Source: Escherichia coli
Lineage (GTDB): Bacteria; Pseudomonadota; Gammaproteobacteria; Enterobacterales; Enterobacteriaceae
NCBI RefSeq assembly: GCF_003334785.1
Contig: NZ_QOWV01000001.1
Direction: 5' to 3' (one strand)
Length of the DNA: 64,000 nucleotides
Of the stretch, positions 43,761 to 55,987 are shown piece by piece (the first letter of the stretch is position 1; each line of letters opens with the position of its first letter). A program made the translations under genes and the position numbers. Below the pieces are notes generated by a model. It was not told the DNA's origin. It worked only from the letters and a program-made list of their open reading frames with translations, and ran no database searches.

Positions 43761-46700
43761 ATGACAGAACAACAAAAATTGACCTTTACGGCCTTGCAGC
43801 AGCGGCTGGATTCGCTGATGCTGCGTGACAGACTGCGTTTTTCTCGCCGTCTGCACGGCGTGAAGAAGGTTAAAAATCCTGATGCACAACAGGCCATTTT
43901 CCAGGAGATGGCGAAAGAGATTGACCAGGCGGCAGGGAAAGTCCTGCTGCGTGAAGCGGCACGACCGGAAATTACTTATCCTGACAATTTACCGGTTAGT
44001 CAGAAAAAACAGGACATTCTCGAAGCGATTCGTGATCACCAGGTGGTGATCGTCGCCGGGGAAACGGGTTCTGGTAAAACGACTCAGTTACCGAAAATCT
44101 GTATGGAGCTGGGGCGCGGGATTAAAGGACTGATCGGCCATACCCAGCCGCGTCGTCTGGCGGCAAGAACAGTGGCGAACCGTATTGCGGAAGAGCTGAA
44201 AACGGAGCCGGGCGGTTGCATCGGTTACAAAGTGCGTTTCAGCGATCACGTAAGTGATAACACGATGGTCAAGCTGATGACCGACGGTATCCTGCTGGCG
44301 GAGATCCAGCAAGACCGCCTGCTGATGCAGTACGACACTATCATTATTGACGAAGCGCACGAACGCAGCCTGAATATCGATTTTTTGCTCGGCTATTTGA
44401 AAGAGTTGCTGCCGCGGCGTCCTGACCTAAAAATCATTATCACTTCCGCGACTATCGACCCGGAACGCTTTTCGCGCCACTTTAATAATGCGCCGATTAT
44501 TGAAGTCTCCGGTCGGACCTATCCGGTGGAAGTGCGCTATCGCCCGATTGTTGAAGAAGCCGATGACACCGAGCGCGATCAGTTGCAGGCGATTTTTGAC
44601 GCCGTAGACGAACTGAGTCAGGAAAGCCATGGCGACATTCTGATCTTTATGAGCGGCGAGCGGGAAATCCGCGATACCGCCGATGCGCTGAACAAGCTGA
44701 ACTTACGCCATACCGAAATCTTGCCGCTTTATGCGCGGCTTTCGAACAGCGAACAAAATAGGGTATTCCAGTCGCACAGCGGACGGCGCATTGTGCTGGC
44801 GACCAACGTCGCGGAAACGTCGCTGACCGTACCGGGGATTAAATACGTTATCGACCCCGGTACAGCTCGTATCAGCCGCTACAGCTATCGCACCAAAGTG
44901 CAGCGTTTGCCGATTGAGCCGATTTCCCAGGCGTCTGCCAATCAGCGTAAAGGCCGCTGTGGTCGTGTGTCCGAAGGGATCTGTATTCGTCTCTATTCCG
45001 AAGACGATTTCCTCTCGCGCCCGGAGTTTACCGATCCGGAGATTCTGCGTACCAACCTGGCCTCGGTTATTTTGCAGATGACCGCGCTGGGGCTGGGCGA
45101 TATCGCTGCGTTCCCGTTTGTCGAAGCACCGGATAAACGCAATATCCAGGATGGCGTGCGTCTGCTCGAAGAGCTGGGCGCGATCACCACTGATGAACAG
45201 GCCAGCGCCTATAAACTGACGCCGCTCGGTCGCCAGCTCTCGCAGTTGCCTGTCGACCCACGTCTGGCGCGTATGGTGCTGGAAGCGCAAAAACATGGCT
45301 GCGTGCGTGAGGCGATGATTATCACGTCCGCGCTCTCCATTCAGGATCCGCGCGAACGTCCGATGGACAAACAGCAGGCATCGGACGAAAAACATCGTCG
45401 CTTCCACGACAAAGAGTCTGACTTTCTCGCGTTTGTGAATCTGTGGAATTATCTTGGCGAGCAGCAAAAGGCGCTTTCTTCCAACGCCTTCCGTCGCCTG
45501 TGTCGTACCGATTATCTCAACTATCTGCGCGTGCGCGAATGGCAGGATATCTACACCCAGTTGCGTCAGGTGGTGAAAGAACTTGGCATTCCGGTTAACA
45601 GCGAACCGGCGGAGTATCGCGAAATTCACATTGCGTTGCTGACCGGTTTACTTTCCCATATCGGCATGAAAGATGCCGATAAACAAGAATATACCGGCGC
45701 ACGTAACGCGCGTTTCTCCATCTTCCCCGGTTCTGGTTTATTCAAAAAACCGCCTAAATGGGTAATGGTGGCGGAACTGGTAGAAACCAGCCGCCTGTGG
45801 GGGCGCATTGCTGCGCGTATCGACCCGGAATGGGTGGAGCCAGTTGCTCAGCATTTGATTAAACGCACCTACAGCGAACCGCACTGGGAACGGGCGCAGG
45901 GCGCGGTGATGGCAACGGAAAAAGTCACTGTTTATGGTTTGCCGATTGTTGCCGCGCGCAAGGTCAACTACAGCCAGATCGATCCGGCGTTATGTCGTGA
46001 ACTCTTTATTCGCCACGCGCTGGTGGAAGGTGACTGGCAGACGCGTCACGCATTCTTCCGTGAAAACCTGAAACTACGGGCGGAAGTAGAAGAGCTGGAA
46101 CACAAATCACGTCGCCGCGATATTCTGGTTGATGACGAAACGTTGTTTGAGTTCTACGACCAGCGCATCAGCCACGATGTAATCTCCGCTCGCCACTTCG
46201 ACAGCTGGTGGAAAAAAGTCAGCCGCGAAACGCCTGATTTGCTCAACTTTGAAAAAAGCATGTTGATCAAAGAGGGCGCAGAAAAAATCAGCAAGCTGGA
46301 TTACCCGAACTTCTGGCATCAGGGCAATCTCAAGCTGCGTTTGAGCTATCAGTTTGAGCCCGGCGCGGATGCTGACGGTGTGACCGTACATATTCCGCTG
46401 CCGTTACTTAACCAGGTTGAGGAAAGCGGGTTTGAATGGCAGATCCCCGGTCTGCGCCGCGAACTGGTGATTGCTCTGATTAAATCGTTGCCGAAACCGG
46501 TACGCCGTAATTTTGTACCCGCGCCAAACTATGCCGAAGCGTTTTTAGGCCGCGTCAAACCGCTGGAGTTACCGTTGCTCGACAGCCTTGAGCGCGAGTT
46601 ACGGCGGATGACCGGCGTTACCGTTGACCGCGAAGACTGGCACTGGGATCAGGTGCCCGATCACCTGAAAATTACCTTCCGCGTGGTGGATGACAAAAAC

Positions 46701-47663
46701 AAGAAGCTAAAAGAAGGGCGCTCGCTACAAGATCTGAAAGATGCGCTGAAAGGCAAAGTGCAGGAAACGCTATCTGCGGTGGCGGATGACGGTATCGAGC
46801 AGAGCGGCTTACATATCTGGAGTTTTGGTCAGCTGCCGGAAAGCTACGAACAGAAGCGTGGCAACTACAAAGTGAAGGCGTGGCCGGCGCTGGTGGATGA
46901 GCGCGACAGTGTGGCGATCAAACTGTTTGATAACCCGCTGGAGCAAAAGCAGGCAATGTGGAACGGTCTTCGCCGTCTACTGCTGCTGAATATTCCATCG
47001 CCAATCAAATATTTACATGAAAAGTTACCGAACAAAGCCAAGCTGGGACTGTACTTTAACCCGTATGGCAAAGTGCTGGAGCTGATCGACGACTGTATCT
47101 CCTGCGGTGTGGATAAATTGATCGACGCCAATGGTGGCCCGGTCTGGACGGAAGAAGGCTTTGCTGCGCTGCATGAAAAAGTGCGTGCCGAACTGAACGA
47201 CACGGTGGTGGATATTGCGAAGCAGGTCGAGCAAATCCTTACGGCAGTGTTCAATATCAACAAACGTCTGAAAGGGCGGGTGGATATGACCATGGCGCTG
47301 GGGCTTTCTGACATTAAAGCGCAGATGGGCGGGTTGGTATATCGCGGTTTTGTCACTGGTAACGGCTTCAAACGGCTGGGCGACACGCTGCGATATTTGC
47401 AGGCGATTGAAAAACGGCTGGAAAAACTGGCGGTTGATCCACATCGCGACCGTGCGCAGATGCTGAAAGTCGAAAACGTCCAGCAGGCGTGGCAGCAATG
47501 GATCAACAAACTGCCGCCCGCACGTCGTGAGGATGAAGACGTGAAAGAGATCCGTTGGATGATAGAAGAGTTGCGCGTTAGTTACTTCGCTCAACAACTT
47601 GGTACGCCTTATCCGATTTCAGATAAGCGTATTTTGCAGGCGATGGAGCAGATTAGCGGTTAA
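43761..47663 (+). CDS. hrpA: ATP-dependent DEAH-box RNA helicase HrpA, 1300 aa
   Basis: Walker A GETGSGKTTQLP, DEAH box IIIDEAHERS, SAT-like motif TSATID, and HA2/OB C-terminal region; single 1300-aa ORF. Confidence 0.95.
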   Translation: MTEQQKLTFTALQQRLDSLMLRDRLRFSRRLHGVKKVKNPDAQQAIFQEMAKEIDQAAGKVLLREAARPEITYPDNLPVSQKKQDILEAIRDHQVVIVAGETGSGKTTQLPKICMELGRGIKGLIGHTQPRRLAARTVANRIAEELKTEPGGCIGYKVRFSDHVSDNTMVKLMTDGILLAEIQQDRLLMQYDTIIIDEAHERSLNIDFLLGYLKELLPRRPDLKIIITSATIDPERFSRHFNNAPIIEVSGRTYPVEVRYRPIVEEADDTERDQLQAIFDAVDELSQESHGDILIFMSGEREIRDTADALNKLNLRHTEILPLYARLSNSEQNRVFQSHSGRRIVLATNVAETSLTVPGIKYVIDPGTARISRYSYRTKVQRLPIEPISQASANQRKGRCGRVSEGICIRLYSEDDFLSRPEFTDPEILRTNLASVILQMTALGLGDIAAFPFVEAPDKRNIQDGVRLLEELGAITTDEQASAYKLTPLGRQLSQLPVDPRLARMVLEAQKHGCVREAMIITSALSIQDPRERPMDKQQASDEKHRRFHDKESDFLAFVNLWNYLGEQQKALSSNAFRRLCRTDYLNYLRVREWQDIYTQLRQVVKELGIPVNSEPAEYREIHIALLTGLLSHIGMKDADKQEYTGARNARFSIFPGSGLFKKPPKWVMVAELVETSRLWGRIAARIDPEWVEPVAQHLIKRTYSEPHWERAQGAVMATEKVTVYGLPIVAARKVNYSQIDPALCRELFIRHALVEGDWQTRHAFFRENLKLRAEVEELEHKSRRRDILVDDETLFEFYDQRISHDVISARHFDSWWKKVSRETPDLLNFEKSMLIKEGAEKISKLDYPNFWHQGNLKLRLSYQFEPGADADGVTVHIPLPLLNQVEESGFEWQIPGLRRELVIALIKSLPKPVRRNFVPAPNYAEAFLGRVKPLELPLLDSLERELRRMTGVTVDREDWHWDQVPDHLKITFRVVDDKNKKLKEGRSLQDLKDALKGKVQETLSAVADDGIEQSGLHIWSFGQLPESYEQKRGNYKVKAWPALVDERDSVAIKLFDNPLEQKQAMWNGLRRLLLLNIPSPIKYLHEKLPNKAKLGLYFNPYGKVLELIDDCISCGVDKLIDANGGPVWTEEGFAALHEKVRAELNDTVVDIAKQVEQILTAVFNINKRLKGRVDMTMALGLSDIKAQMGGLVYRGFVTGNGFKRLGDTLRYLQAIEKRLEKLAVDPHRDRAQMLKVENVQQAWQQWINKLPPARREDEDVKEIRWMIEELRVSYFAQQLGTPYPISDKRILQAMEQISG

Positions 47664-47684
47664 CCCTGCTATTTGCCTGATAAA

Positions 47685-47720
47685 GAAAAAACCCGGTAAG
47701 CATTTAGCGCCGGGTTTTTT
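47685..47720 (+). terminator. Rho-independent terminator after hrpA
   Basis: AAAAAACCCGG...CCGGGTTTTTTATT hairpin with flanking A- and T-tracts. Confidence 0.6.
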
Positions 47721-47934
47721 ATTAATTCTAAAACGGTAAGGGTAAAAATTCAGGAATTCAGAAAAATACAATTCTCTGCTGCAAGATGAATAATGTTTAT
47801 CTACAGCATTTCCTTAAAAGATATGTCAGGCTTGCGGAGTGGCGGTTAAGGACATACGATTTCCTCCTTTCAGAGTGCTCCGCTTCTCACTATTATCTCA
47901 CGCAGTATTCTTAAGGGAACGATAAGGAGGAACC

Positions 47935-48735
47935 ATGAACATTACCCCGTTTCCGACGCTTTCGCCGGCAACTATAGATGCCATAAATGTTATCGGACAG
48001 TGGCTGGCGCAGGATGATTTCTCCGGTGAGGTGCCGTATCAGGCCGATTGCGTGATCCTTGCAGGCAATGCGGTTATGCCGACTATCGATGCGGCATGTA
48101 AGATTGCCCGCGATCAGCAAATTCCTTTACTGATTAGTGGTGGTATCGGTCACTCGACAACTTTTTTGTATAGCGCCATCGCACAGCATCCGCACTACAA
48201 CACTATCCGCACCACTGGCAGAGCAGAAGCGACCATCCTGGCGGATATCGCTCATCAGTTCTGGCACATTCCGCATGAAAAAATCTGGATTGAAGACCAG
48301 TCAACAAACTGCGGTGAAAACGCACGCTTTAGCATCGCGCTATTGAATCAGGCCGTAGAACGAGTTCATACGGCTATCGTTGTTCAGGACCCCACCATGC
48401 AGCGGCGCACGATGGCGACGTTCCGCCGTATGACTGGGGACAATCCCGATGCACCACGCTGGTTAAGTTATCCCGGATTCGTTCCTCAGTTAGGAAATAA
48501 CGCAGACAGTGTAATCTTTATTAATCAGTTACAAGGATTATGGCCAGTTGAGCGTTATCTCTCACTACTCACTGGCGAGCTGCCGCGTTTACGCGATGAT
48601 AGCGATGGCTACGGTCCCCGCGGGCGAGATTTTATCGTTCACGTTGATTTTCCGGCAGAAGTCATCCATGCATGGCAAACGCTGAAACATGATGCGGTGC
48701 TCATCGAGGCGATGGAAAGTCGCTCGTTACGTTAA
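47935..48735 (+). CDS. ydcF: DUF218-domain protein YdcF, 266 aa
   Basis: 266-aa ORF with AAGGAGG RBS 6 bp upstream of ATG; identification by N-terminal sequence and synteny. Confidence 0.8.
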
Positions 48736-48931
48736 AAATTGCCCGTTTGTGAACCACTTGTTTGCAAACGGGCATGACTCCTGACTTTTATTTCTGCCTT
48801 TTATTCCTTTTACACTTGTTTTTATGAAGCCCTTCACAGAATTGTCCTTTCACGATGCCGTCTCTCTGATGATTGATGTTAATTAACAATGTATTCACCG
48901 AAAACAAACATATAAATCACAGGAGTCGCCC

Positions 48932-50371
48932 ATGTCAGTACCCGTTCAACATCCTATGTATATCGATGGACAGTTTGTTACCTGGCGTGGAGACGCATGG
49001 ATTGATGTGGTAAACCCTGCTACAGAGGCTGTCATTTCCCGCATACCCGATGGTCAGGCCGAGGATGCCCGTAAGGCAATCGATGCAGCAGAACGTGCAC
49101 AACCAGAATGGGAAGCGTTGCCTGCTATTGAACGCGCCAGTTGGTTGCGCAAAATCTCCGCCGGGATCCGCGAACGCGCCAGTGAAATCAGTGCGCTGAT
49201 TGTTGAAGAAGGGGGCAAGATCCAGCAGCTGGCTGAAGTCGAAGTGGCTTTTACTGCCGACTATATCGATTACATGGCGGAGTGGGCACGGCGTTACGAG
49301 GGCGAGATTATTCAAAGCGATCGTCCAGGAGAAAATATTCTTTTGTTTAAACGTGCGCTTGGTGTGACTACCGGCATTCTGCCGTGGAACTTCCCGTTCT
49401 TCCTCATTGCCCGCAAAATGGCTCCCGCTCTTTTGACCGGTAATACCATCGTCATTAAACCTAGTGAATTTACGCCAAACAATGCGATTGCATTCGCCAA
49501 AATCGTCGATGAAATAGGCCTTCCGCGCGGCGTGTTTAACCTTGTACTGGGGCGTGGTGAAACCGTTGGGCAAGAACTGGCGGGTAACCCAAAGGTCGCA
49601 ATGGTCAGTATGACAGGCAGCGTCTCTGCAGGTGAGAAGATCATGGCGACTGCGGCAAAAAACATCACCAAAGTGTGTCTGGAATTGGGGGGTAAAGCAC
49701 CAGCTATCGTAATGGACGATGCCGATCTTGAACTGGCAGTCAAAGCCATCGTTGATTCACGCGTCATTAATAGTGGGCAAGTGTGTAACTGTGCAGAACG
49801 TGTTTATGTACAGAAAGGCATTTATGATCAGTTCGTCAATCGGCTGGGTGAAGCGATGCAGGCGGTTCAATTTGGTAACCCCGCTGAACGCAACGACATT
49901 GCGATGGGGCCGTTGATTAACGCCGCGGCGCTGGAAAGGGTCGAGCAAAAAGTGGCGCGCGCAGTAGAAGAAGGGGCGAGAGTGGCGTTCGGTGGCAAAG
50001 CGGTAGAGGGGAAAGGATATTATTATCCGCCGACATTGCTGCTGGATGTTCGCCAGGAAATGTCGATTATGCATGAGGAAACCTTTGGCCCGGTGCTGCC
50101 AGTTGTCGCATTTGACACGCTGGAAGATGCTATCTCAATGGCTAATGACAGTGATTACGGCCTGACCTCATCAATCTATACCCAAAATCTGAACGTCGCG
50201 ATGAAAGCCATTAAAGGGCTGAAGTTTGGTGAAACTTACATCAACCGTGAAAACTTCGAAGCTATGCAAGGCTTCCACGCCGGATGGCGTAAATCCGGTA
50301 TTGGCGGCGCAGATGGTAAACATGGCTTGCATGAATATCTGCAGACCCAGGTGGTTTATTTACAGTCTTAA
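48932..50371 (+). CDS. aldA: Lactaldehyde / glycolaldehyde dehydrogenase (NAD-dependent ALDH), 479 aa
   Basis: ALDH signatures (LELGGKAP, catalytic Cys region GQVCNCAERVYV); N-terminus MSVPVQHPMYIDGQFV. Confidence 0.95.
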   Translation: MSVPVQHPMYIDGQFVTWRGDAWIDVVNPATEAVISRIPDGQAEDARKAIDAAERAQPEWEALPAIERASWLRKISAGIRERASEISALIVEEGGKIQQLAEVEVAFTADYIDYMAEWARRYEGEIIQSDRPGENILLFKRALGVTTGILPWNFPFFLIARKMAPALLTGNTIVIKPSEFTPNNAIAFAKIVDEIGLPRGVFNLVLGRGETVGQELAGNPKVAMVSMTGSVSAGEKIMATAAKNITKVCLELGGKAPAIVMDDADLELAVKAIVDSRVINSGQVCNCAERVYVQKGIYDQFVNRLGEAMQAVQFGNPAERNDIAMGPLINAAALERVEQKVARAVEEGARVAFGGKAVEGKGYYYPPTLLLDVRQEMSIMHEETFGPVLPVVAFDTLEDAISMANDSDYGLTSSIYTQNLNVAMKAIKGLKFGETYINRENFEAMQGFHAGWRKSGIGGADGKHGLHEYLQTQVVYLQS

Positions 50372-50380
50372 TGAGTGAAA

Positions 50381-50406
50381 GAGGCGGAGGTTTTTTCCTC
50401 CGCCTG
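50381..50406. terminator. Hairpin between convergent aldA and gapC (AGGCGGAGG-TTTTTT-CCTCCGCCT)
   Basis: 9-bp GC-rich perfect stem with T6 loop, 10 bp after aldA stop and 7 bp from the gapC 3' end. Confidence 0.5.
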
Positions 50407-50412
50407 TGCGCG

Positions 50413-51425
<1,013 letters not shown>

Positions 51426-51601
51426 TCAGGAACGTTCGGATGAAAATTGATCCTTTCCAGGCTTAGACCAGGATGGCGGGATGGGCAATCTCCATTCTCA
51501 CAGTGAAACGTAACGTACTGAAAACGGGTGAACAATATTTAATGAAATTTTGAGAAAAGCCCGTTATGTTAACGGAAAATTATGTTAAAGCAGGAAATGT
51601 T

Positions 51602-52132
51602 ATGGAAAATAAATATTCAAGGTTACAAATCAGCATTCACTGGCTGGTCTTTTTACTGGTTATCGCAGCGTATTGCGCAATGGAGTTTCGTGGTTTCTTC
51701 CCACGTAGCGATCGGCCACTCATCAACATGATTCATGTTTCCTGTGGCATCTCAATTCTCGTGCTGATGGTCGTTCGTCTTTTGTTAAGGCTGAAATACC
51801 CAACCCCGCCGATTATACCTAAGCCAAAACCGATGATGACGGGACTGGCGCATTTGGGACATTTGGTGATTTATCTCCTGTTTATTGCGCTGCCAGTGAT
51901 TGGTTTGGTGATGATGTATAACCGGGGCAACCCGTGGTTTGCGTTTGGTTTGACGATGCCTTACGCTTCAGAGGCCAATTTCGAACGGGTAGATAGCTTA
52001 AAGTCGTGGCATGAAACGCTGGCGAATCTGGGATATTTTGTCATCGGGTTGCACGCTGCGGCTGCACTGGCACACCACTATTTCTGGAAGGACAACACAC
52101 TTCTACGCATGATGCCGCGTAAACGTTCCTGA
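51602..52132 (+). CDS. cybB: Cytochrome b561 (superoxide:quinone oxidoreductase), 176 aa
   Basis: MENKYSRLQISIHWLVFLLVIAAYCAMEF...; four-TM cytochrome b561 with conserved His; start trimmed from track 51566. Confidence 0.9.
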   Translation: MENKYSRLQISIHWLVFLLVIAAYCAMEFRGFFPRSDRPLINMIHVSCGISILVLMVVRLLLRLKYPTPPIIPKPKPMMTGLAHLGHLVIYLLFIALPVIGLVMMYNRGNPWFAFGLTMPYASEANFERVDSLKSWHETLANLGYFVIGLHAAAALAHHYFWKDNTLLRMMPRKRS

Positions 52133-52142
52133 AGGATATTTA

Positions 52143-52206
52143 AAGAAAACGCCTGTACTAAAACCGACCCGTGGTACAGGCGAAGAATACGGGTCTACAT
52201 CGGAAG
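52143..52206 (-). ncRNA. rydC: RydC small RNA (Hfq-binding pseudoknot sRNA; regulates cfa and other targets)
   Basis: Minus-strand sequence CTTCCGATGTAGACCCGTATTCTTCGCCTGTACCACGGGTCGGTTTTAGTACAGGCGTTTTCTT matches my recollection of the 64-nt RydC; lies immediately downstream of cybB. Confidence 0.75.
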
Positions 52207-52376
52207 CGCCTATTATATTTATTTGTATGATAAATAAAACCATAATCCTTGCCCATACGTCCATCTGGCTTATTTTTAATCAATTCACCCGATCTTTGAT
52301 CTCATCAACGGTATCAAAATAAACCAGCGTATAACGTTCAAATCGAACATAAGATTCGATAAACCATGGAGGTTAT

Positions 52377-52550
52377 ATGAAAAAACTGGCACTTATTTTG
52401 TTTATGGGAACGCTTGTTTCCTTTTATGCCGATGCCGGGCGCAAACCCTGTTCTGGTTCGAAAGGGGGGATCTCACACTGTACGGCAGGCGGCAAATTTG
52501 TCTGTAATGATGGTTCTATTAGTGCATCGAAAAAAACATGCACTAACTGA
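52377..52550 (+). CDS. ydcA: Small secreted Cys-containing protein YdcA, 57 aa
   Basis: ATG at 52377 with GGAGG RBS 6 bp upstream; MKKLALILFMGTLVSFYADAGRKPCSGSKGGISHCTAGGKFVCNDGSISASKKTCTN; below the ORF-track length cut-off. Confidence 0.75.
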   Translation: MKKLALILFMGTLVSFYADAGRKPCSGSKGGISHCTAGGKFVCNDGSISASKKTCTN

Positions 52551-52621
52551 AGTGTAAAAGGGGTGCCATGAGAAAATGAATCTGCTAGTCAAATGCGCGG
52601 GGAAAATCCCCGCGCTTGCCC

Positions 52622-52818
<197 letters not shown>

Positions 52819-52829
<11 letters not shown>

Positions 52830-52875
52830 TCGTTGGCCTCGGTTGATAGAAATATCGGTCGGGGCCTTCGTCTTT
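52819..52875 (+). ncRNA. sokB: SokB antisense RNA (antitoxin) overlapping the mokB translation initiation region; boundaries approximate
   Basis: Inferred from hok/sok architecture, in which Sok is antisense to the mok start; coordinates placed relative to the mokB start from memory, not independently verifiable here. Confidence 0.4.
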
Positions 52876-53103
52876 CTGATTCCCGGTTAGCCTGAAAACA
52901 GAAAGTCTCAGGCACCCGCAGGCATCCTATGAGGTTTCCTTAGGGACGAAAATAATCACTTCACGAAATTGCGTGCTGTTTTCCAGAATTTTTCGTCATT
53001 CGGGTTAGCCAGTTTAGCCATTCGTTACTCTCTTCATTCCAATAGCATTAATTTTCTATGCAATAATTGTTGTAAAAATGTGACGCAAAGAGGTTTTTGG
53101 TCA

Positions 53104-53130
53104 TAAGTAATTACCGTCAAGTGCCGATGA
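53104..53130 (+). promoter_or_regulatory. Sigma-28 (FliA) class 3 flagellar promoter for trg
   Basis: TAAGTAAT-N11-GCCGATGA versus consensus TAAAGTTT-N11-GCCGATAA, about 40 bp upstream of the trg start codon. Confidence 0.55.
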
Positions 53131-53169
53131 CTTTCTATCAGGAGTAAACCTGGACGAGAGACAACGGTA

Positions 53170-54810
53170 ATGAATACAACTCCCTCACAGCGATTAGGTT
53201 TTTTGCATCACATCAGGTTGGTTCCGTTATTTGCCTGCATTCTAGGCGGTATCTTAGTTCTATTCGCATTAAGTTCAGCCCTGGCTGGCTATTTCCTCTG
53301 GCAGGCCGATCGCGATCAGCGTGATGTTACTGCGGAGATTGAGATTCGGACCGGGTTAGCGAACAGTTCAGATTTTTTGCGTTCAGCCCGGATCAATATG
53401 ATTCAGGCCGGGGCTGCGAGTCGTATTGCGGAAATGGAAGCAATGAAGCGAAATATTGCGCAAGCCGAATCGGAGATTAAACAGTCGCAGCAAGGTTATC
53501 GTGCTTATCAGAATCGACCGGTGAAAACACCTGCTGATGAAGCCCTCGACACTGAATTAAATCAACGCTTTCAGGCTTATATCACGGGTATGCAACCTAT
53601 GTTGAAATATGCCAAAAATGGCATGTTTGAAGCGATTATCAATCATGAAAGTGAGCAGATCCGACCGCTGGATAATGCTTATACCGATATTTTGAACAAA
53701 GCCGTTAAGATACGTAGCACCAGAGCCAACCAACTGGCGGAACTGGCCCATCAGCGCACCCGCCTGGGTGGGATGTTCATGATTGGCGCGTTTGTGCTTG
53801 CCCTGGTCATGACGCTGATAACATTTATGGTGCTACGTCGGATCGTCATTCGTCCACTGCAACATGCCGCACAACGGATTGAAAAAATCGCCAGTGGCGA
53901 TCTGACGATGAATGATGAACCGGCGGGTCGTAATGAAATCGGTCGCTTAAGTCGTCATTTACAGCAAATGCAGCATTCACTGGGGATGACAGTAGGGACT
54001 GTTCGACAGGGCGCGGAAGAGATTTATCGTGGCACCAGCGAAATTTCAGCTGGCAATGCGGACCTGTCATCTCGCACCGAAGAACAAGCGGCGGCTATCG
54101 AACAAACTGCCGCCAGCATGGAGCAACTCACTGCGACGGTGAAACAGAATGCGGATAACGCGCATCATGCCAGCAAACTGGCGCAAGAGGCTTCTATTAA
54201 AGCCAGCGATGGCGGGCAGACGGTTTCCGGTGTAGTAAAAACGATGGGCGCTATCTCCACGAGTTCGAAGAAAATTTCTGAGATCACCGCCGTCATCAAC
54301 AGTATTGCTTTCCAGACGAATATTCTGGCACTGAATGCTGCCGTTGAAGCCGCGCGAGCGGGTGAGCAAGGGCGTGGATTTGCCGTTGTCGCCAGCGAAG
54401 TACGGACACTCGCAAGTCGCAGCGCTCAGGCGGCGAAAGAGATTGAAGGCTTGATCAGTGAATCAGTCAGGTTAATTGACCTGGGGTCGGATGAGGTGGC
54501 AACGGCCGGGAAAACCATGAGCACTATTGTTGATGCCGTCGCGAGTGTCACACATATCATGCAGGAAATCGCCGCCGCCTCGGATGAACAAAGTAGAGGC
54601 ATAACGCAGGTTAGCCAGGCGATTTCTGAAATGGATAAGGTGACGCAACAGAATGCTTCTCTGGTAGAAGAGGCCTCAGCGGCGGCGGTGTCCCTTGAAG
54701 AACAGGCGGCACGATTAACTGAGGCGGTGGATGTATTCCGTCTGCACAAACATTCTGTGTCGGCAGAACCTCGCGGAGCGGGTGAACCAGTTAGTTTCGC
54801 TACGGTGTGA
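53170..54810 (+). CDS. trg: Methyl-accepting chemotaxis protein III (ribose/galactose sensor), 546 aa
   Basis: Two TM segments flanking a periplasmic domain, HAMP, and the conserved MCP signalling region ([21 protein letters not shown]... ; [33 protein letters not shown]). Confidence 0.95.
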   Translation: MNTTPSQRLGFLHHIRLVPLFACILGGILVLFALSSALAGYFLWQADRDQRDVTAEIEIRTGLANSSDFLRSARINMIQAGAASRIAEMEAMKRNIAQAESEIKQSQQGYRAYQNRPVKTPADEALDTELNQRFQAYITGMQPMLKYAKNGMFEAIINHESEQIRPLDNAYTDILNKAVKIRSTRANQLAELAHQRTRLGGMFMIGAFVLALVMTLITFMVLRRIVIRPLQHAAQRIEKIASGDLTMNDEPAGRNEIGRLSRHLQQMQHSLGMTVGTVRQGAEEIYRGTSEISAGNADLSSRTEEQAAAIEQTAASMEQLTATVKQNADNAHHASKLAQEASIKASDGGQTVSGVVKTMGAISTSSKKISEITAVINSIAFQTNILALNAAVEAARAGEQGRGFAVVASEVRTLASRSAQAAKEIEGLISESVRLIDLGSDEVATAGKTMSTIVDAVASVTHIMQEIAAASDEQSRGITQVSQAISEMDKVTQQNASLVEEASAAAVSLEEQAARLTEAVDVFRLHKHSVSAEPRGAGEPVSFATV

Positions 54811-54847
54811 AAATGTTCAAGGAGGGATCGACAGATCCCTTCACCTT

Positions 54848-55771
54848 TCAGAACGGCATTGATTTTCGAATAGCGTTAATCATCAACTGGCAACCAGAAG
54901 AGAACGTCGCATCTACGCGGGTCAGTATTCCAATCGGTTCGCCTGCACCATGTCCCGGAACAGGCAGGGCCACCAGCGTGGCATGACGCAGGTCGTCTTT
55001 TACAGCGCCAGAAGGGACAAACCACACGTAATCGTATTCAACCGTAAGTTGACGAGATAGCGAAGCAGACAGCGTTTCGATACAACCCGAAGGAATTTTA
55101 CAGCCCTGGCTCTGCACTAATGCATCTGAATGCTGGCGTGGCGCAGTGCCTTCTGGTGATACAACGACCGGCCATTCCAGCACCCGGCTTAGCGTTACGT
55201 TCTCCTGAAGTAGCGGGTGATTAGGGCGGACAACCAGCTTCAACGATTCAAGAAACAGCAGTTCGTAATTAAGCCCGGTCATCAGTTCAGGATCTGACAT
55301 CCGACCAATGCCGATATCGATTTCCCCGGTTTTTAAACCCGCCAGAATCATAGGGTTACTCATTGTCGCAACTTGCAAGGTCGTCTCTTTTTGTTGCTGA
55401 TGAAACTGACCTATAACCGAAGGTAATATCCCCAGTGCCGCAGTAGGTAGTGCACCAACCCTGACGACATCATTATTAAGACCTTCTTTACGATGAAGCG
55501 ACCGTCCGGCAGTGTTGATGGCGTCAAGAACTCTGACTGCATGCGTTAAAAATTGTTCGCCGGGTAAGGTAAGTTGCGCCCCCTGACGACCACGCTCAAA
55601 CAAGCGAGCGCCAGTCAGCTGCTCCAGTTCATTCAATGTCTTAGAGAGCGCAGGTTGACTCAAATTAAGGGTTTCAGCCGCGCGCCCCAAAGTTCCTTGT
55701 TGTGCGACAGCTACGAATGTATGAAGGTGGCGCAAACGGATGCGCTGACTAAACAGACTATTTTTTTCCAT
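54848..55771 (-). CDS. ydcI: LysR-family transcriptional regulator YdcI, 307 aa
   Basis: N-terminal LysR HTH (LRHLHTFVAVAQQGTLGRAAETLNLSQPALSKTLNELE); start trimmed from track 55912 to ATG 55771. Confidence 0.85.
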   Translation of the reverse strand: MEKNSLFSQRIRLRHLHTFVAVAQQGTLGRAAETLNLSQPALSKTLNELEQLTGARLFERGRQGAQLTLPGEQFLTHAVRVLDAINTAGRSLHRKEGLNNDVVRVGALPTAALGILPSVIGQFHQQQKETTLQVATMSNPMILAGLKTGEIDIGIGRMSDPELMTGLNYELLFLESLKLVVRPNHPLLQENVTLSRVLEWPVVVSPEGTAPRQHSDALVQSQGCKIPSGCIETLSASLSRQLTVEYDYVWFVPSGAVKDDLRHATLVALPVPGHGAGEPIGILTRVDATFSSGCQLMINAIRKSMPF

Positions 55772-55987
55772 AAGCGATGTTAAAAACGAAGCGGTGTCGC
55801 TGACAAGTGAAGTTGTTTGATTATGATAACTTGATTGCAAAATATTATTAACAATTAAAGCAATTATGTTACAGCAAAATGGATAATATTGATGTTTTCG
55901 CGGCGAGATCACAGTTTGTAAATTCTTCCCGCAAGAGTGAATGCGGTTACCTACACTCCAGATTACTGACCACTGGAGGCAGACACT

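Noticed and set aside
44703-45629. 308-aa minus-strand ORF inside hrpA (also 46865-47509 and 47025-47597)
   Set aside because: hrpA is one uninterrupted 1300-aa frame with helicase motifs; the antisense ORFs have Arg-rich, low-complexity translations and no start context.
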